From Minisyncoccota bacterium (GTDB lineage Bacteria; Patescibacteriota; Minisyncoccia; Phycocordibacterales; UBA918): a stretch of 64,000 bases of DNA. The stretch lies in NCBI GenBank assembly GCA_041688155.1, contig JBDNIW010000014.1, positions 9,517 to 73,516 on the forward strand, read 5' to 3'. Numbering within the stretch: the stretch's first letter is position 1; the number at the start of each line of letters is the position of its first letter. Under the pieces are notes generated by a model. The model had not been told where the DNA came from, did not search any database, and worked only from the letters and a program-made list of their open reading frames with translations. Both the position numbers and the translations under genes were made by a program. This document shows, piece by piece, positions 18,640-29,120 of this stretch.

Positions 18640-20379
18640 TTATTGATTGTCGGGGCTGGTCTGAAAAAATGGCCAGAGGTCACTGGTGCTCGTGTTCCAG
18701 ATAGCGATGTTGCTAAAACGATCAGCGGGACGTCCCATCTGTTGCATCGGTGCAGTTTGGATTGAGCGGTTAACTACGTAGGCATTGGTTGGTTGGAACA
18801 AAAATATCGCTGGGCGTTCGGCCCGGATAATCGTGAGCGCACTGCCGATAGCTGCCATGCGATCTGGTTCGTTTTGGCTTACACGTGCAGTTTCCAGGTA
18901 GTCGTCGACAGTCAGGTTGGCGTACTGCGTGATGTTTAGTCCAGGGTCGTTTTGTTGCGACGAGTGCCAGAACGGAAACAAGTCACGTGAGCGACTAACG
19001 TCGAGACCAAACAGCAGTACTGAAAAATCTCGCGGTCGGATGACAGACTGGATGAGGTCTGTCTGTTCGTATTGCTCAGTTAAAACTGTCACCCCTAATT
19101 CTCGCCAGGCGGCAGTCACTGCCTCAAGGGTAGCTTCTAGGGTTGGGTTGTTGGCGGTGCGGATCGTGACCGTTAGGTCAATGGTTGAATCGTCTATCTC
19201 TTTTTCCCAGGTTCCAATAGAGGTGAGGGACCAGTCGGCGTCCTCAAGGATTGACCGGGCGGTTTCAAGTCGTTGCGTATCGGTCAAGTTACTGGTCGAT
19301 GCGACGTCAGTAGATTGTACCGCACTTGTGCTGCTCACAACAGATTCTGGGCTGGGGATGCCGCTGCCACTAATTGCTTGGTCAATGATAGCTTGGCGAT
19401 CAAGGACGAGTTCAAGTGCTTCACGTACGGCGCTGTCACGCAACGCAACTGAGCGGTTTTGGTTAAAGAATAAACCAAAAGTGCGCGGCAAGGGTGTATT
19501 GATAGTAGCGAACACTTCAGGGTCAATTGTCCCGAGCTGTTCTGGCGGGATGTGCGAGGTGGCGTCGATAGTGCCTTGCGTCAATGCCTCACCCAGAGCT
19601 AGTTCTGTTCCGAAAAACTTCAGGGTAATCTCAGCAATCAATGGGTTCTGGTAATGGTCAGGCGCTGCCGTCAGGCTGTACGAATCAACCGTACCACTGC
19701 TTGAGAACGCTGCACTTTTGACCATATAGGGACCGCTGCCAATTGGGGTGGTGTTGTATTCACTAAATGGCACCTGAGCGATGGGAATAGTCCGCCAAAT
19801 GTGCGCTGGCAAAATGCCTAACGTAAAATTCTCAATAAACGGAGCGTACGGTTCAGAAAGCGAAATAAGCAGCGTCTCCTGATCGACCGCCTCTACTACC
19901 ACGTCATTCCAGTTGCCGCGAAAGGGACTTTTGAGGTCGGCGTTTTGGGCTAGTCCAATGGTAAACAAAACGTCGTTCGCGGTCAGCTGCACGCCGTCGT
20001 GGAATTGAACGTCGGTCCGGAGGATGATGGTGTAGGTGGTACCATCATCTGATACAGCGATAGACTCGGCAACGTCAGGAACAAGTGTGCCGTCGGGGGC
20101 TATTTTCATTAGTCCACTATAAACGAGTGTGGTGACGTCTTGGTCGGCTCGGGTGATGGCGAGTACGGGGTTAGCAAACCGCGGTGTCCCCAGGATTCCC
20201 TCGGTAAAGCTCCCACCAGCAGATACCCCAGGTACTGACACGAGCTGGTTTATAGCTAAAACAAACCCCACCAACGCAATCATAGTGATAGCGAGTAAAA
20301 CCCGCAATAGCCACCGATCACTTGTTCGTGCGGTTTCAATGATAGAAATAATACGGGAAATAGAAAAAAAGCGAGTCAT
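18640..20379 (-). CDS. ABC transporter substrate-binding protein, family 5 (Opp/Dpp/Nik-like)
   Basis: N-terminal TM anchor; 579 aa; family-5 solute-binding-protein architecture. Confidence 0.65.
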   Translation of the reverse strand: MTRFFSISRIISIIETARTSDRWLLRVLLAITMIALVGFVLAINQLVSVPGVSAGGSFTEGILGTPRFANPVLAITRADQDVTTLVYSGLMKIAPDGTLVPDVAESIAVSDDGTTYTIILRTDVQFHDGVQLTANDVLFTIGLAQNADLKSPFRGNWNDVVVEAVDQETLLISLSEPYAPFIENFTLGILPAHIWRTIPIAQVPFSEYNTTPIGSGPYMVKSAAFSSSGTVDSYSLTAAPDHYQNPLIAEITLKFFGTELALGEALTQGTIDATSHIPPEQLGTIDPEVFATINTPLPRTFGLFFNQNRSVALRDSAVREALELVLDRQAIIDQAISGSGIPSPESVVSSTSAVQSTDVASTSNLTDTQRLETARSILEDADWSLTSIGTWEKEIDDSTIDLTVTIRTANNPTLEATLEAVTAAWRELGVTVLTEQYEQTDLIQSVIRPRDFSVLLFGLDVSRSRDLFPFWHSSQQNDPGLNITQYANLTVDDYLETARVSQNEPDRMAAIGSALTIIRAERPAIFLFQPTNAYVVNRSIQTAPMQQMGRPADRFSNIAIWNTSTSDLWPFFQTSPDNQ

Positions 20380-20432
20380 GGAGAGTGAGCAGGCCGCACA
20401 AAGCGAGCCGCGATAGCCAGATCAGTCTGTCC

Positions 20433-20672
20433 TTAGAGCAGGATATTCAAAAACGTAGAAAATACGAAAAGGATACCAATCACGATTGAAAATCGAAACA
20501 AGAATTCTTCCGCACCACGTCGTTTGTTGAACGCTGAGCTAAAGTTATCTCCACCAAACGCACCGCCGAGACTCGATCCTCGCTGTTGCAGCAAGATCGA
20601 CGCGACGAGTAGAATGGAGAGAGTAATCTGAATGTAGGGCAGTACCGATAGTACCGTATCAATAAGATTCAT
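20433..20672 (-). CDS. secG: preprotein translocase subunit SecG
   Basis: 79 aa, two TM helices, 'LLQQRGSSLGGAFGG' Gly-rich loop typical of SecG. Confidence 0.8.
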   Translation of the reverse strand: MNLIDTVLSVLPYIQITLSILLVASILLQQRGSSLGGAFGGDNFSSAFNKRRGAEEFLFRFSIVIGILFVFSTFLNILL

Positions 20673-21339
20673 GCGTAGACAAGTGTATCAGAAGGAAATC
20701 TGGCTGGCAAGAGGTTGCGCGCGCTGTGGTGGTTATTGTCAGGGGTTGGAGAAGAGTGAGGAATAGTGTGACGGGCTTTTCGGCGGCACACTCGACTCGA
20801 AAACTCCCTGAGTGCACACGCTAAACGCCCGTTGTGGTGGTGCTGGAGCACTTTACTGCTGATGCGCTTTATAAAACACAACAAATTAACTCAATACACT
20901 TGCCCTATTGCATTACCTAGTACCAAAACCACCACGGCGAGTGTTTGGTTTGCTCGGTCAGGGAGCGGATGCGAGTCGAGCGAGTAACCGAAAAGCTCGC
21001 CCGTACTGTTGCAACACTCATCTCCCGCCTGAACATTGCACCACTACATACAGAAAGGCCGCCAGCGTGAGCTGACGGCCAGTACCAAAGCCTACTCCTG
21101 ATGTAAAGTAAACGTCACACCAGCAACTGCCGCTATCAGTGCTAACCGAATCTTGCGACGCTCGCGGAGTTATCCTCAAAGCTGATTTCGGAATTGGTGT
21201 TTCAATTGTGCCTTGTTACTAAAAAATTGCAAACGCTGCCACCTGTTATATACTGTGGACGCGACGGAGGTAGTTCGACGGTTTTTGCAGTCGCAACTGG
21301 TACCAATCGTTTAATTTTATAATTTATACCTATAGATCT

Positions 21340-23333
<1,994 letters not shown>

Positions 23334-23339
23334 AAATAA

Positions 23340-23372
23340 AAAGACCCTGACAAAGTCAGGGTCTTTTTATTT
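23340..23372 (+). terminator. rho-independent terminator after groEL
   Basis: agaccctgac-aaa-gtcagggtct stem-loop followed by TTTTTATTT. Confidence 0.85.
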
Positions 23373-23528
23373 CTGCTCCCTGCACTGCACTCGGAAAAGA
23401 AAATGCCTAACGGCGTTTTCTTTTCACTCGTTACGTTTGGTAGTAACAATAATAAAAGCGCTAGCTCTGGCTAGCGCTTTATGTTTACAGTGATCTATTA
23501 TATAATTAATGCAATTAAAAAATAATGT

Positions 23529-24131
23529 TTGATTATGTTTGGATTAGGAACTGGAGTGGTGATTTTGATCATAGTGGCAGTACTGGCGGTGTTGTACGGG
23601 GTTTACCTGTACAACATGTTTGTGCGACTGACCCAGCGTGGTAAAGAAGCTTGGGCTGACGTAGACGTGCAGCTAAAGCGTCGCTATGACTTGATCCCAA
23701 ACTTGATCGAAACGGTCAAGGGCTATGCCGCACACGAACAAGAAACGTTTAACGCCGTAACAGCTGCTCGAGCGAACGCTACCGCGATGCATGTCGACCC
23801 AACTGGCATCACGCCCGAACAGATCAAAGCCATGGCCGGAGCCGAGGCGGCACTTGGTGGTGCGATTGGTAACTTGCTCGCGATTGCAGAAGCCTACCCA
23901 GACCTGAAAGCCAGTCAGAATTTCAGCCAACTGCAAACCGAACTGTCAGACACCGAGAACAAGATTCAAGCTGCACGCCGATTTTACAACACTAACGTAC
24001 GTGACTTGATGATTGCGCTGCAGTCATTCCCATCAAACGTAGTCGGCAATATGTTCAGTTTTACCGCGCTCGATTACTTTGAACTGCCAGAAAGCAGTGT
24101 GGAGCGAGAGGTGGTAAAAGTTGAGTTCTAA
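23529..24131 (+). CDS. lemA: LemA family protein
   Basis: N-terminal TM; 'YNMFVRLTQRGKEAWADVDVQLKRRYDLIPNLIETVKGYA' conserved LemA core. Confidence 0.8.
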   Translation: MIMFGLGTGVVILIIVAVLAVLYGVYLYNMFVRLTQRGKEAWADVDVQLKRRYDLIPNLIETVKGYAAHEQETFNAVTAARANATAMHVDPTGITPEQIKAMAGAEAALGGAIGNLLAIAEAYPDLKASQNFSQLQTELSDTENKIQAARRFYNTNVRDLMIALQSFPSNVVGNMFSFTALDYFELPESSVEREVVKVEF

Positions 24132-24146
24132 CCAATTCTTGATTCA

Positions 24147-24521
24147 GTGAAAAAAGTCTTCTACAACAAACTAGTCCGGGACAGCATCCCGGCCAAGATT
24201 GAATCAAAAGGTGAGGCTTGTTCTATTCGTGCTATTGCCGATGAGGCTGAGTTCCAACAGGAATTGCTCAAAAAAGTGATTGAAGAGGCGGGTGCATTGT
24301 CACAAGTGCGCTCACGGTCTGATTTCCTGGATGAATACGCTGACCTGATGGTGGTGCTTGATGCGCTGACAGCCTTGCTTGAGGTGTCAGAAGCTGACAT
24401 TCAGATTGCCCTAAAAGAAAACGTTATGCGTAAAGGACTGTACAAACAGCGTCATTACATGCACTGGTCCGAGGATACCGACTATACCAGCAACGAAACA
24501 CCACAAGGAATAAAGAACTAA
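24147..24521 (+). CDS. small all-alpha MazG/HisE-like nucleotide pyrophosphohydrolase family protein (tentative)
   Basis: 'KLVRDSIP' N-terminal signature and acidic helix ('EEAGAL', 'DEYADL'). Confidence 0.4.
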   Translation: MKKVFYNKLVRDSIPAKIESKGEACSIRAIADEAEFQQELLKKVIEEAGALSQVRSRSDFLDEYADLMVVLDALTALLEVSEADIQIALKENVMRKGLYKQRHYMHWSEDTDYTSNETPQGIKN

Positions 24522-24522
24522 T

Positions 24523-25419
24523 ATGTCATCTGCCAACTTATACACCCACCAGTCCGCCAATATATTTAAAACCTACGTCCTGATGGGGGTATTCCTGATC
24601 ATGGTAATTGCCATTGGCTACGCCGCGGCGTGGTACATCGGGAATCCAGTGATTCTATATGTTGCAGTGGCGTTTGCCCTCGGGATGAATATTTTCTCGT
24701 ATTGGAGTAGTGACAAGTTGGTGTTGCGGATGACTAACGCTGTACCCGCAGACCCGACCGTACACCGTGAGCTGATTAATATTGTAGAGAACCTCTCGAT
24801 TACCGCTGGCCTACCAATGCCCAAGGTATACGTGGTCAACGATCCTTCACCCAATGCGTTTGCTACTGGTCGCAATCCTGAGCACGCCGTAGTGGCGGCA
24901 ACTACCGGGCTACTTACCATGCTTGATAAAACCGAAATCGAAGGAGTGATGGCGCATGAACTAGCGCACGTAGGGAACCGTGACATGCTCGTGATGACGG
25001 TCGCTGTGGTCCTGGCTGGGTTTATTGCTATTCTGGCTGACTTCCTGATGCGTTCGATGTTTTTTGGGGGAGGGCGAGACCGACACCCAGCGTTCCTAAT
25101 TGTCGGGATTGCGGGTATCATTCTTGCACCTCTAGCGGCCCAACTGATGCAAATGGCGGTCTCGCGTCGCCGAGAATACCTAGCTGACGCCACCGGTGCG
25201 CTACTAACTCGCTACCCAGAAGGACTGGCTTCAGCGCTCGAGAAAATCAGTGGTGCCAAGATACCGATGCAAAAAGCCTCCCACGCCACCGCCCACATGT
25301 TTATCGCTGATCCGTTTGCGGGTGAGAAGCAAGGGTTTATGCAGAAAATAGGTGGTATGTTCCAAACCCACCCCCCAGCCCCCGAGCGCATTGCACGATT
25401 ACGCGGGATGAATATATAG
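24523..25419 (+). CDS. htpX: M48 zinc metalloprotease HtpX
   Basis: two N-terminal TM helices; 'HELAHV' zincin motif; 'NAFATG'; C-terminal TM pair. Confidence 0.85.
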   Translation: MSSANLYTHQSANIFKTYVLMGVFLIMVIAIGYAAAWYIGNPVILYVAVAFALGMNIFSYWSSDKLVLRMTNAVPADPTVHRELINIVENLSITAGLPMPKVYVVNDPSPNAFATGRNPEHAVVAATTGLLTMLDKTEIEGVMAHELAHVGNRDMLVMTVAVVLAGFIAILADFLMRSMFFGGGRDRHPAFLIVGIAGIILAPLAAQLMQMAVSRRREYLADATGALLTRYPEGLASALEKISGAKIPMQKASHATAHMFIADPFAGEKQGFMQKIGGMFQTHPPAPERIARLRGMNI

Positions 25420-25464
25420 GAAAAGGGCGCAATATAGCGCTCCTTTTGATACACTATCGGTAAC

Positions 25465-25551
25465 GGAGAGATGGCAGAGTGGTCGATCGCGCATCCTTGG
25501 AAAGGATGTATACGTTTACGCGTATCGGGGGTTCGAATCCCCCTCTCTCCG
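25465..25551 (+). tRNA. tRNA-Ser (anticodon GGA)
   Basis: GGAGAGA/TCTCTCC acceptor stem; anticodon stem-loop CATCC-TTGGAAA-GGATG with anticodon GGA; long variable arm ATACG...CGTAT; T-arm GGGGG-TTCGAAT-CCCCC; CCA not encoded. Confidence 0.9.
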
Positions 25552-25703
25552 CATGAACGTAGTGAATAAGGAGAGAGAGTAAAGCGCGGGGCGCTTTACG
25601 TGGGGATTCGAAAAGCTTTTGAGTCAGATTGGGAGCTTTGCTCCCCAATCTGTCCAAAAGGTATACCGCTCGTGTAACGAGAGAAATTCCCCCTCTCTCC
25701 GCA
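25552..25703. repeat. about 150-bp direct repeat copy 1, starting immediately 3' of tRNA-Ser and ending in a copy of the tRNA 3' end (attccccctctctccgca)
   Basis: about 95% identical to 26777-26926; last 19 nt match the tRNA 3' end. Confidence 0.85.
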
Positions 25704-25749
25704 TCTTAGAGCTAGCACGAGACACTATATTTCGTGCTAGTCTTTATTT

Positions 25750-26007
25750 ATGAAAAAAACAGAAACAGATATCTATAAAGAGTATTTGGAGTATAATCAT
25801 AAGCGCTCTTTTCTCTTTGGAAAAGAACAGCACTGGAGAACCCACCATGAAGGTTATGAAGTGGGTCACCAGGATGGTGTAACTGAAACAAATGATTCTT
25901 GGTATAAGGAGCTGGGAATAGATTTGAAGAATTTTCCAATAAACGTAGACGAGCAGTTTAGTATTATGAAAAAAGCGTTGCAGGAGTATTATATTAAAAA
26001 TAAGTAA
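25750..26007 (+). CDS. hypothetical protein (85 aa), islet cargo
   Basis: ORF in low-GC (about 33%) insert; His/Glu-rich; no recognised motif. Confidence 0.5.
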   Translation: MKKTETDIYKEYLEYNHKRSFLFGKEQHWRTHHEGYEVGHQDGVTETNDSWYKELGIDLKNFPINVDEQFSIMKKALQEYYIKNK

Positions 26008-26044
26008 CCCTTTTGCATTTAATGCTAGTACGGAAAATTTTGTT

Positions 26045-26725
26045 ATGAGCTTATTTAAACGAGCTATTGTTTTGATAGAGAAAGCAGCTGATTCTGGTTT
26101 CTTTAATATGCAGGAAAAACCATATATAGACGAAGTACTCTCTAGGCTAAGAGGTCTTGAAAATAGGTACATTAAAGTTACTGAATTAAATAATAGCTAT
26201 CTTGAGTCTGATCAGAGGATTTTAGAGTCTAGAGAAAATTTTAATGAAGAAAAAGTTTTTGAAATGCTAACGAAGCAGGCTACTGTCGATCCAAAATTAA
26301 AAAATTGGATGGCTGGAAAGAAAGAGATAAAGATTGAAAGCAAAACAGAAATAACCACTTTCAATCTTTCAGAGTCAAATGATGAAAAAATTTCTGAACT
26401 ACAATCCTTAACTGAAAATATCTACCATGATTTATGGTCTATTAAAGAACGTTTGAACAAGGTTAAGAAATATAAGAATTTTAATCCACCAGGAGTGCGA
26501 GACGTTAGGAATCAGCTTATTGTTCATGTTGATAAGCCAAATAGTGGAGCAACACTATATTCTTTTGGAATTCAAACTAGGGGTCCTGTATTGAGGCCAG
26601 TAAAACCATCTCAAGCAAAAGCAAGGCATGACAATGGAGCAGTCAGTAATGTTGAGGAATTTCTTAATGATTTAATTAAAATAAGCGCACGAGACACTCT
26701 CAGACCGAAATCCGAAAATAACTAA
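26045..26725 (+). CDS. hypothetical protein (226 aa), islet cargo
   Basis: ORF in low-GC insert; predicted helical/coiled N-terminal half; no recognised motif. Confidence 0.55.
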   Translation: MSLFKRAIVLIEKAADSGFFNMQEKPYIDEVLSRLRGLENRYIKVTELNNSYLESDQRILESRENFNEEKVFEMLTKQATVDPKLKNWMAGKKEIKIESKTEITTFNLSESNDEKISELQSLTENIYHDLWSIKERLNKVKKYKNFNPPGVRDVRNQLIVHVDKPNSGATLYSFGIQTRGPVLRPVKPSQAKARHDNGAVSNVEEFLNDLIKISARDTLRPKSENN

Positions 26726-26776
26726 ATCGGTCAAGCCTACCTTGACCGTCCACGGTTCTAACTCGAGACAGCCCGC

Positions 26777-26926
26777 AGCGAACGCAGTAAGCAAGGAGAG
26801 AGAGTAAAGCGCGCGGCGCTTTACGTGGGGATTCGAAAAGCTTTTGAGTCAGATTGGGAGCTTTGCTCCCCAATCTGTCCAAAAGGTATACCGCTCGTGT
26901 AACGAGAGAAATTCCCCCTCTCCGCA
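26777..26926. repeat. about 150-bp direct repeat copy 2 (right boundary of islet), ends ...attccccctctccgca
   Basis: near-identical to 25552-25703 with 2-nt deletion and a few substitutions. Confidence 0.85.
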
Positions 26927-26949
26927 GCGAACCTTGTTATACTATCTTG

Positions 26950-27468
26950 ATGAAACGGCAAGATATCCTTAATATCCTTTTTACCTTTGTTATTGGGGTG
27001 GTGGTTGGGGTGTATGTGTTTTTTGCTGGGTTTGCGCCGACGGCTGATCGAATTGAAACTGCTGTGGAGGGCATCGGCCAGTCGCTGGTTGTTACCGGTG
27101 AGGCTTATGGTGGTTGTGATCGGGCTGGGACGTGTCCGTCTTTTAATATTGCTGACAATGGTGATTATCGGTACGCGTTCACCCCACGGGGCGCCAACGA
27201 AGCAGTGTTGCGCGAAGGGACCCTGCCACTAGATATCCAGCGCCAAATGAAGCGCAGTCTGCAACCAGACGTTCTGCGCCAGTTTAGTGTCCCTATCGAC
27301 CCAATTATGTGCGACTCGTATGTCGATGGTATTGATGTTCGCTATATCATTGAATTAAATGACGAGATGTATGAGGTTGATTCTTGTGAGACCGCAGTAA
27401 ATGGTGACAGTGTAGCCTGGGAGACACTTGGCGGTTTGTGGTACTACTTTGAACTGTCTGATCGGTAA
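26950..27468 (+). CDS. hypothetical membrane-anchored protein
   Basis: ATG at 26950 just outside repeat; N-terminal TM helix; Cys-containing ectodomain. Confidence 0.55.
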   Translation: MKRQDILNILFTFVIGVVVGVYVFFAGFAPTADRIETAVEGIGQSLVVTGEAYGGCDRAGTCPSFNIADNGDYRYAFTPRGANEAVLREGTLPLDIQRQMKRSLQPDVLRQFSVPIDPIMCDSYVDGIDVRYIIELNDEMYEVDSCETAVNGDSVAWETLGGLWYYFELSDR

Positions 27469-27607
27469 GTTTCATTGCACATCAACGTAAGTGTGTTGCA
27501 AAGTGAAAGAGGGGTTAGTTGTTGTCGTATTAATAGATGTAGCAGTTGTCGCGACTGGTGCACTAGTTAGATATTACAAACTGAAACTTGAAACATTACA
27601 GAGGCAT

Positions 27608-28234
27608 ATGAAAACAACATCTAAATCATTTTTTGTCGCGGTCGCCGCCTTTGCTGTCACCGCGTCAGGGGTGCACGCATTTGGGAGTGCGGAGTTGCTC
27701 ACCAAAGCTGGACTGTCAGATAACCAGGTGATTGCGGTACAAGTGGCTCAAGAACTAAAAGCGACCGGACAGCTAGAACAAGCACGTGCGACTCTCGAGT
27801 CAGCTGGTGTGACCAAGGAAACAATGCAGCACATCCGTGAGGTGGCTAAAGAAGCTAAGCAAGCCATGCAGGCAGCGGTAGAACGCAACGATTACCAAGC
27901 GTTTGTAGTGGCGATAGCGGATTCACCACTAGCGGAGATAATCACAACCGAATCAGATTTTAAACAGTTTGCAGCCGCCCACGAGTTGCGGGGAGTGGGC
28001 GATCGAGATGGAGCGAGAGAACTCCTGAGCGAACTTGGGGTTGATACGCAGATGCACGGGAAAAAGTATCGAGGGAAGCATGGCTTGCGGGCACAAGCGC
28101 GCGAGTTACTCAGTGACACGCAGCGCGAAGCGCTCCAAGTTGCACACGCCGCCAATGACAAAGAGGCAGCCCGAGCGATTTTTGCCGAGGTGGGGATTGA
28201 TCTGCCTGAAAAGGGTGTCAGGCAAGAGCGGTAG
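27608..28234 (+). CDS. hypothetical secreted helical protein
   Basis: signal peptide 'MKTTSKSFFVAVAAFAVTASGVHA'; Ala/Glu/Gln-rich. Confidence 0.55.
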   Translation: MKTTSKSFFVAVAAFAVTASGVHAFGSAELLTKAGLSDNQVIAVQVAQELKATGQLEQARATLESAGVTKETMQHIREVAKEAKQAMQAAVERNDYQAFVVAIADSPLAEIITTESDFKQFAAAHELRGVGDRDGARELLSELGVDTQMHGKKYRGKHGLRAQARELLSDTQREALQVAHAANDKEAARAIFAEVGIDLPEKGVRQER

Positions 28235-28251
28235 TTAGAACCAGTCAGGCG

Positions 28252-28292
28252 GAAATCAACCGTGGGCGCTATAGGCGCCCACGGTTGATTTC
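28252..28292 (+). terminator. rho-independent terminator-like hairpin
   Basis: perfect 18-bp inverted repeat gaaatcaaccgtgggcgc/gcgcccacggttgatttc with tata loop. Confidence 0.7.
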
Positions 28293-28309
28293 TCTGCTAT
28301 GATAGTGAC

Positions 28310-28954
28310 ATGATGCGAACAATTTTTGCTGTAGTGATGTGTATCCTGCCAGTTAGTGCGGTCGCATTCATCGCGAGTGAAACTGACATTAGTCAACCGT
28401 ACGAGATTGTCCCGATTGAGGTTACGATGCCCGAGCAGATTTCGTTTTTAGGCACCCTTAGTGACTTCCCGGTAATGTATGAAATCAGGTCAGAAGAACC
28501 ATTTACCTTTACCGCGCAGCTAGCCCAGCCAGTCAACCAAGTAGCTCAACCGTTCTCAATGCTCTTAATTAGGACTGATGATAGCAGTGGTGGCGTGACC
28601 GAGGTTGTCAGACAGGTGTATGTGGCACAAGATTGGGCAACCAAACGAGACAGTTTGCTCGGTTTGCCTCTTCACGAGTCACCCATCCTCAGTCATGATG
28701 TTGGTCCGGGAACCTATCGACTAGAAGTCAGTAGTCCAGACAACCAAGGGCAATATATGTTTATCGTCGGGACGGAGCAGTCATCAGTTTGGTATTTTGA
28801 GCAGTTAGGTTATATCCGTCAGACGCAAGTGTACTTTGGCTACGGTCTGTTCTCGCTCCTCAAATCGTCCCAGGTGTATTATGCAATTGGAATCATCTTG
28901 CTTCTGCTAGCGATCTTTCAAACTGGGCGATTTGCTCGCAAACAACATATATGA
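28310..28954 (+). CDS. hypothetical secreted protein with C-terminal TM anchor
   Basis: signal peptide; C-terminal hydrophobic helix then 'RFARKQHI'. Confidence 0.5.
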   Translation: MMRTIFAVVMCILPVSAVAFIASETDISQPYEIVPIEVTMPEQISFLGTLSDFPVMYEIRSEEPFTFTAQLAQPVNQVAQPFSMLLIRTDDSSGGVTEVVRQVYVAQDWATKRDSLLGLPLHESPILSHDVGPGTYRLEVSSPDNQGQYMFIVGTEQSSVWYFEQLGYIRQTQVYFGYGLFSLLKSSQVYYAIGIILLLLAIFQTGRFARKQHI

Positions 28955-29120
28955 TTAAATTTACCGTCATCGCGATTAGTGCAGCCATCTTGTATTACTA
29001 TGCAAATTTGGCGTTTCAGGGTCAATTATAATTGACCAAACGCCCCTAACAGGGCATACTAGTGCCGTTATTCCCGTTTGCGGACGGGACATTTTTATTC
29101 TCACTATATTTATCACATTT

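Noticed and set aside
18917-19654. 245-aa plus-strand ORF inside the substrate-binding protein gene
   Set aside because: It is antisense to a well-supported minus-strand ABC substrate-binding-protein ORF and has no motifs.
21100-21200. Possible CIRCE/HrcA operator upstream of groES
   Set aside because: Only a partial half-site ('cagtgctaa') is present. The upstream inverted partner TTAGCACTC with 9-nt spacing is absent.
20860-21330. RNase P RNA / tmRNA / SRP RNA in the secG-groES gap
   Set aside because: The near-invariant cores were looked for. Only weak partial resemblances were seen, such as 'acagaaaggccgcc' versus the RNase P 'ACAGAAnnCGGCUUA'. The GGAAAGUCCGGGC core, the SRP 'AGGAAGCAGCC' motif and a tmRNA tRNA-like 3' end were all absent. 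This is not supportable without a covariance-model scan.
25454-25657. 67-aa and 60-aa minus-strand ORFs (25454-25657, 26700-26882) both beginning MDRLGSKAPNLTQKLFESPRKAPRALLSLL
   Set aside because: Their identity simply reflects the ~150-bp direct repeat. One overlaps the tRNA-Ser gene. They are treated as repeat artefacts, not genes.
25744-26172. 142-aa minus-strand ORF in the low-GC islet
   Set aside because: It is antisense to the two co-oriented islet ORFs. The Phe/Ile/Leu/Lys-rich composition is what an AT-rich antisense frame produces. The plus-strand ORFs were preferred but none is certain.
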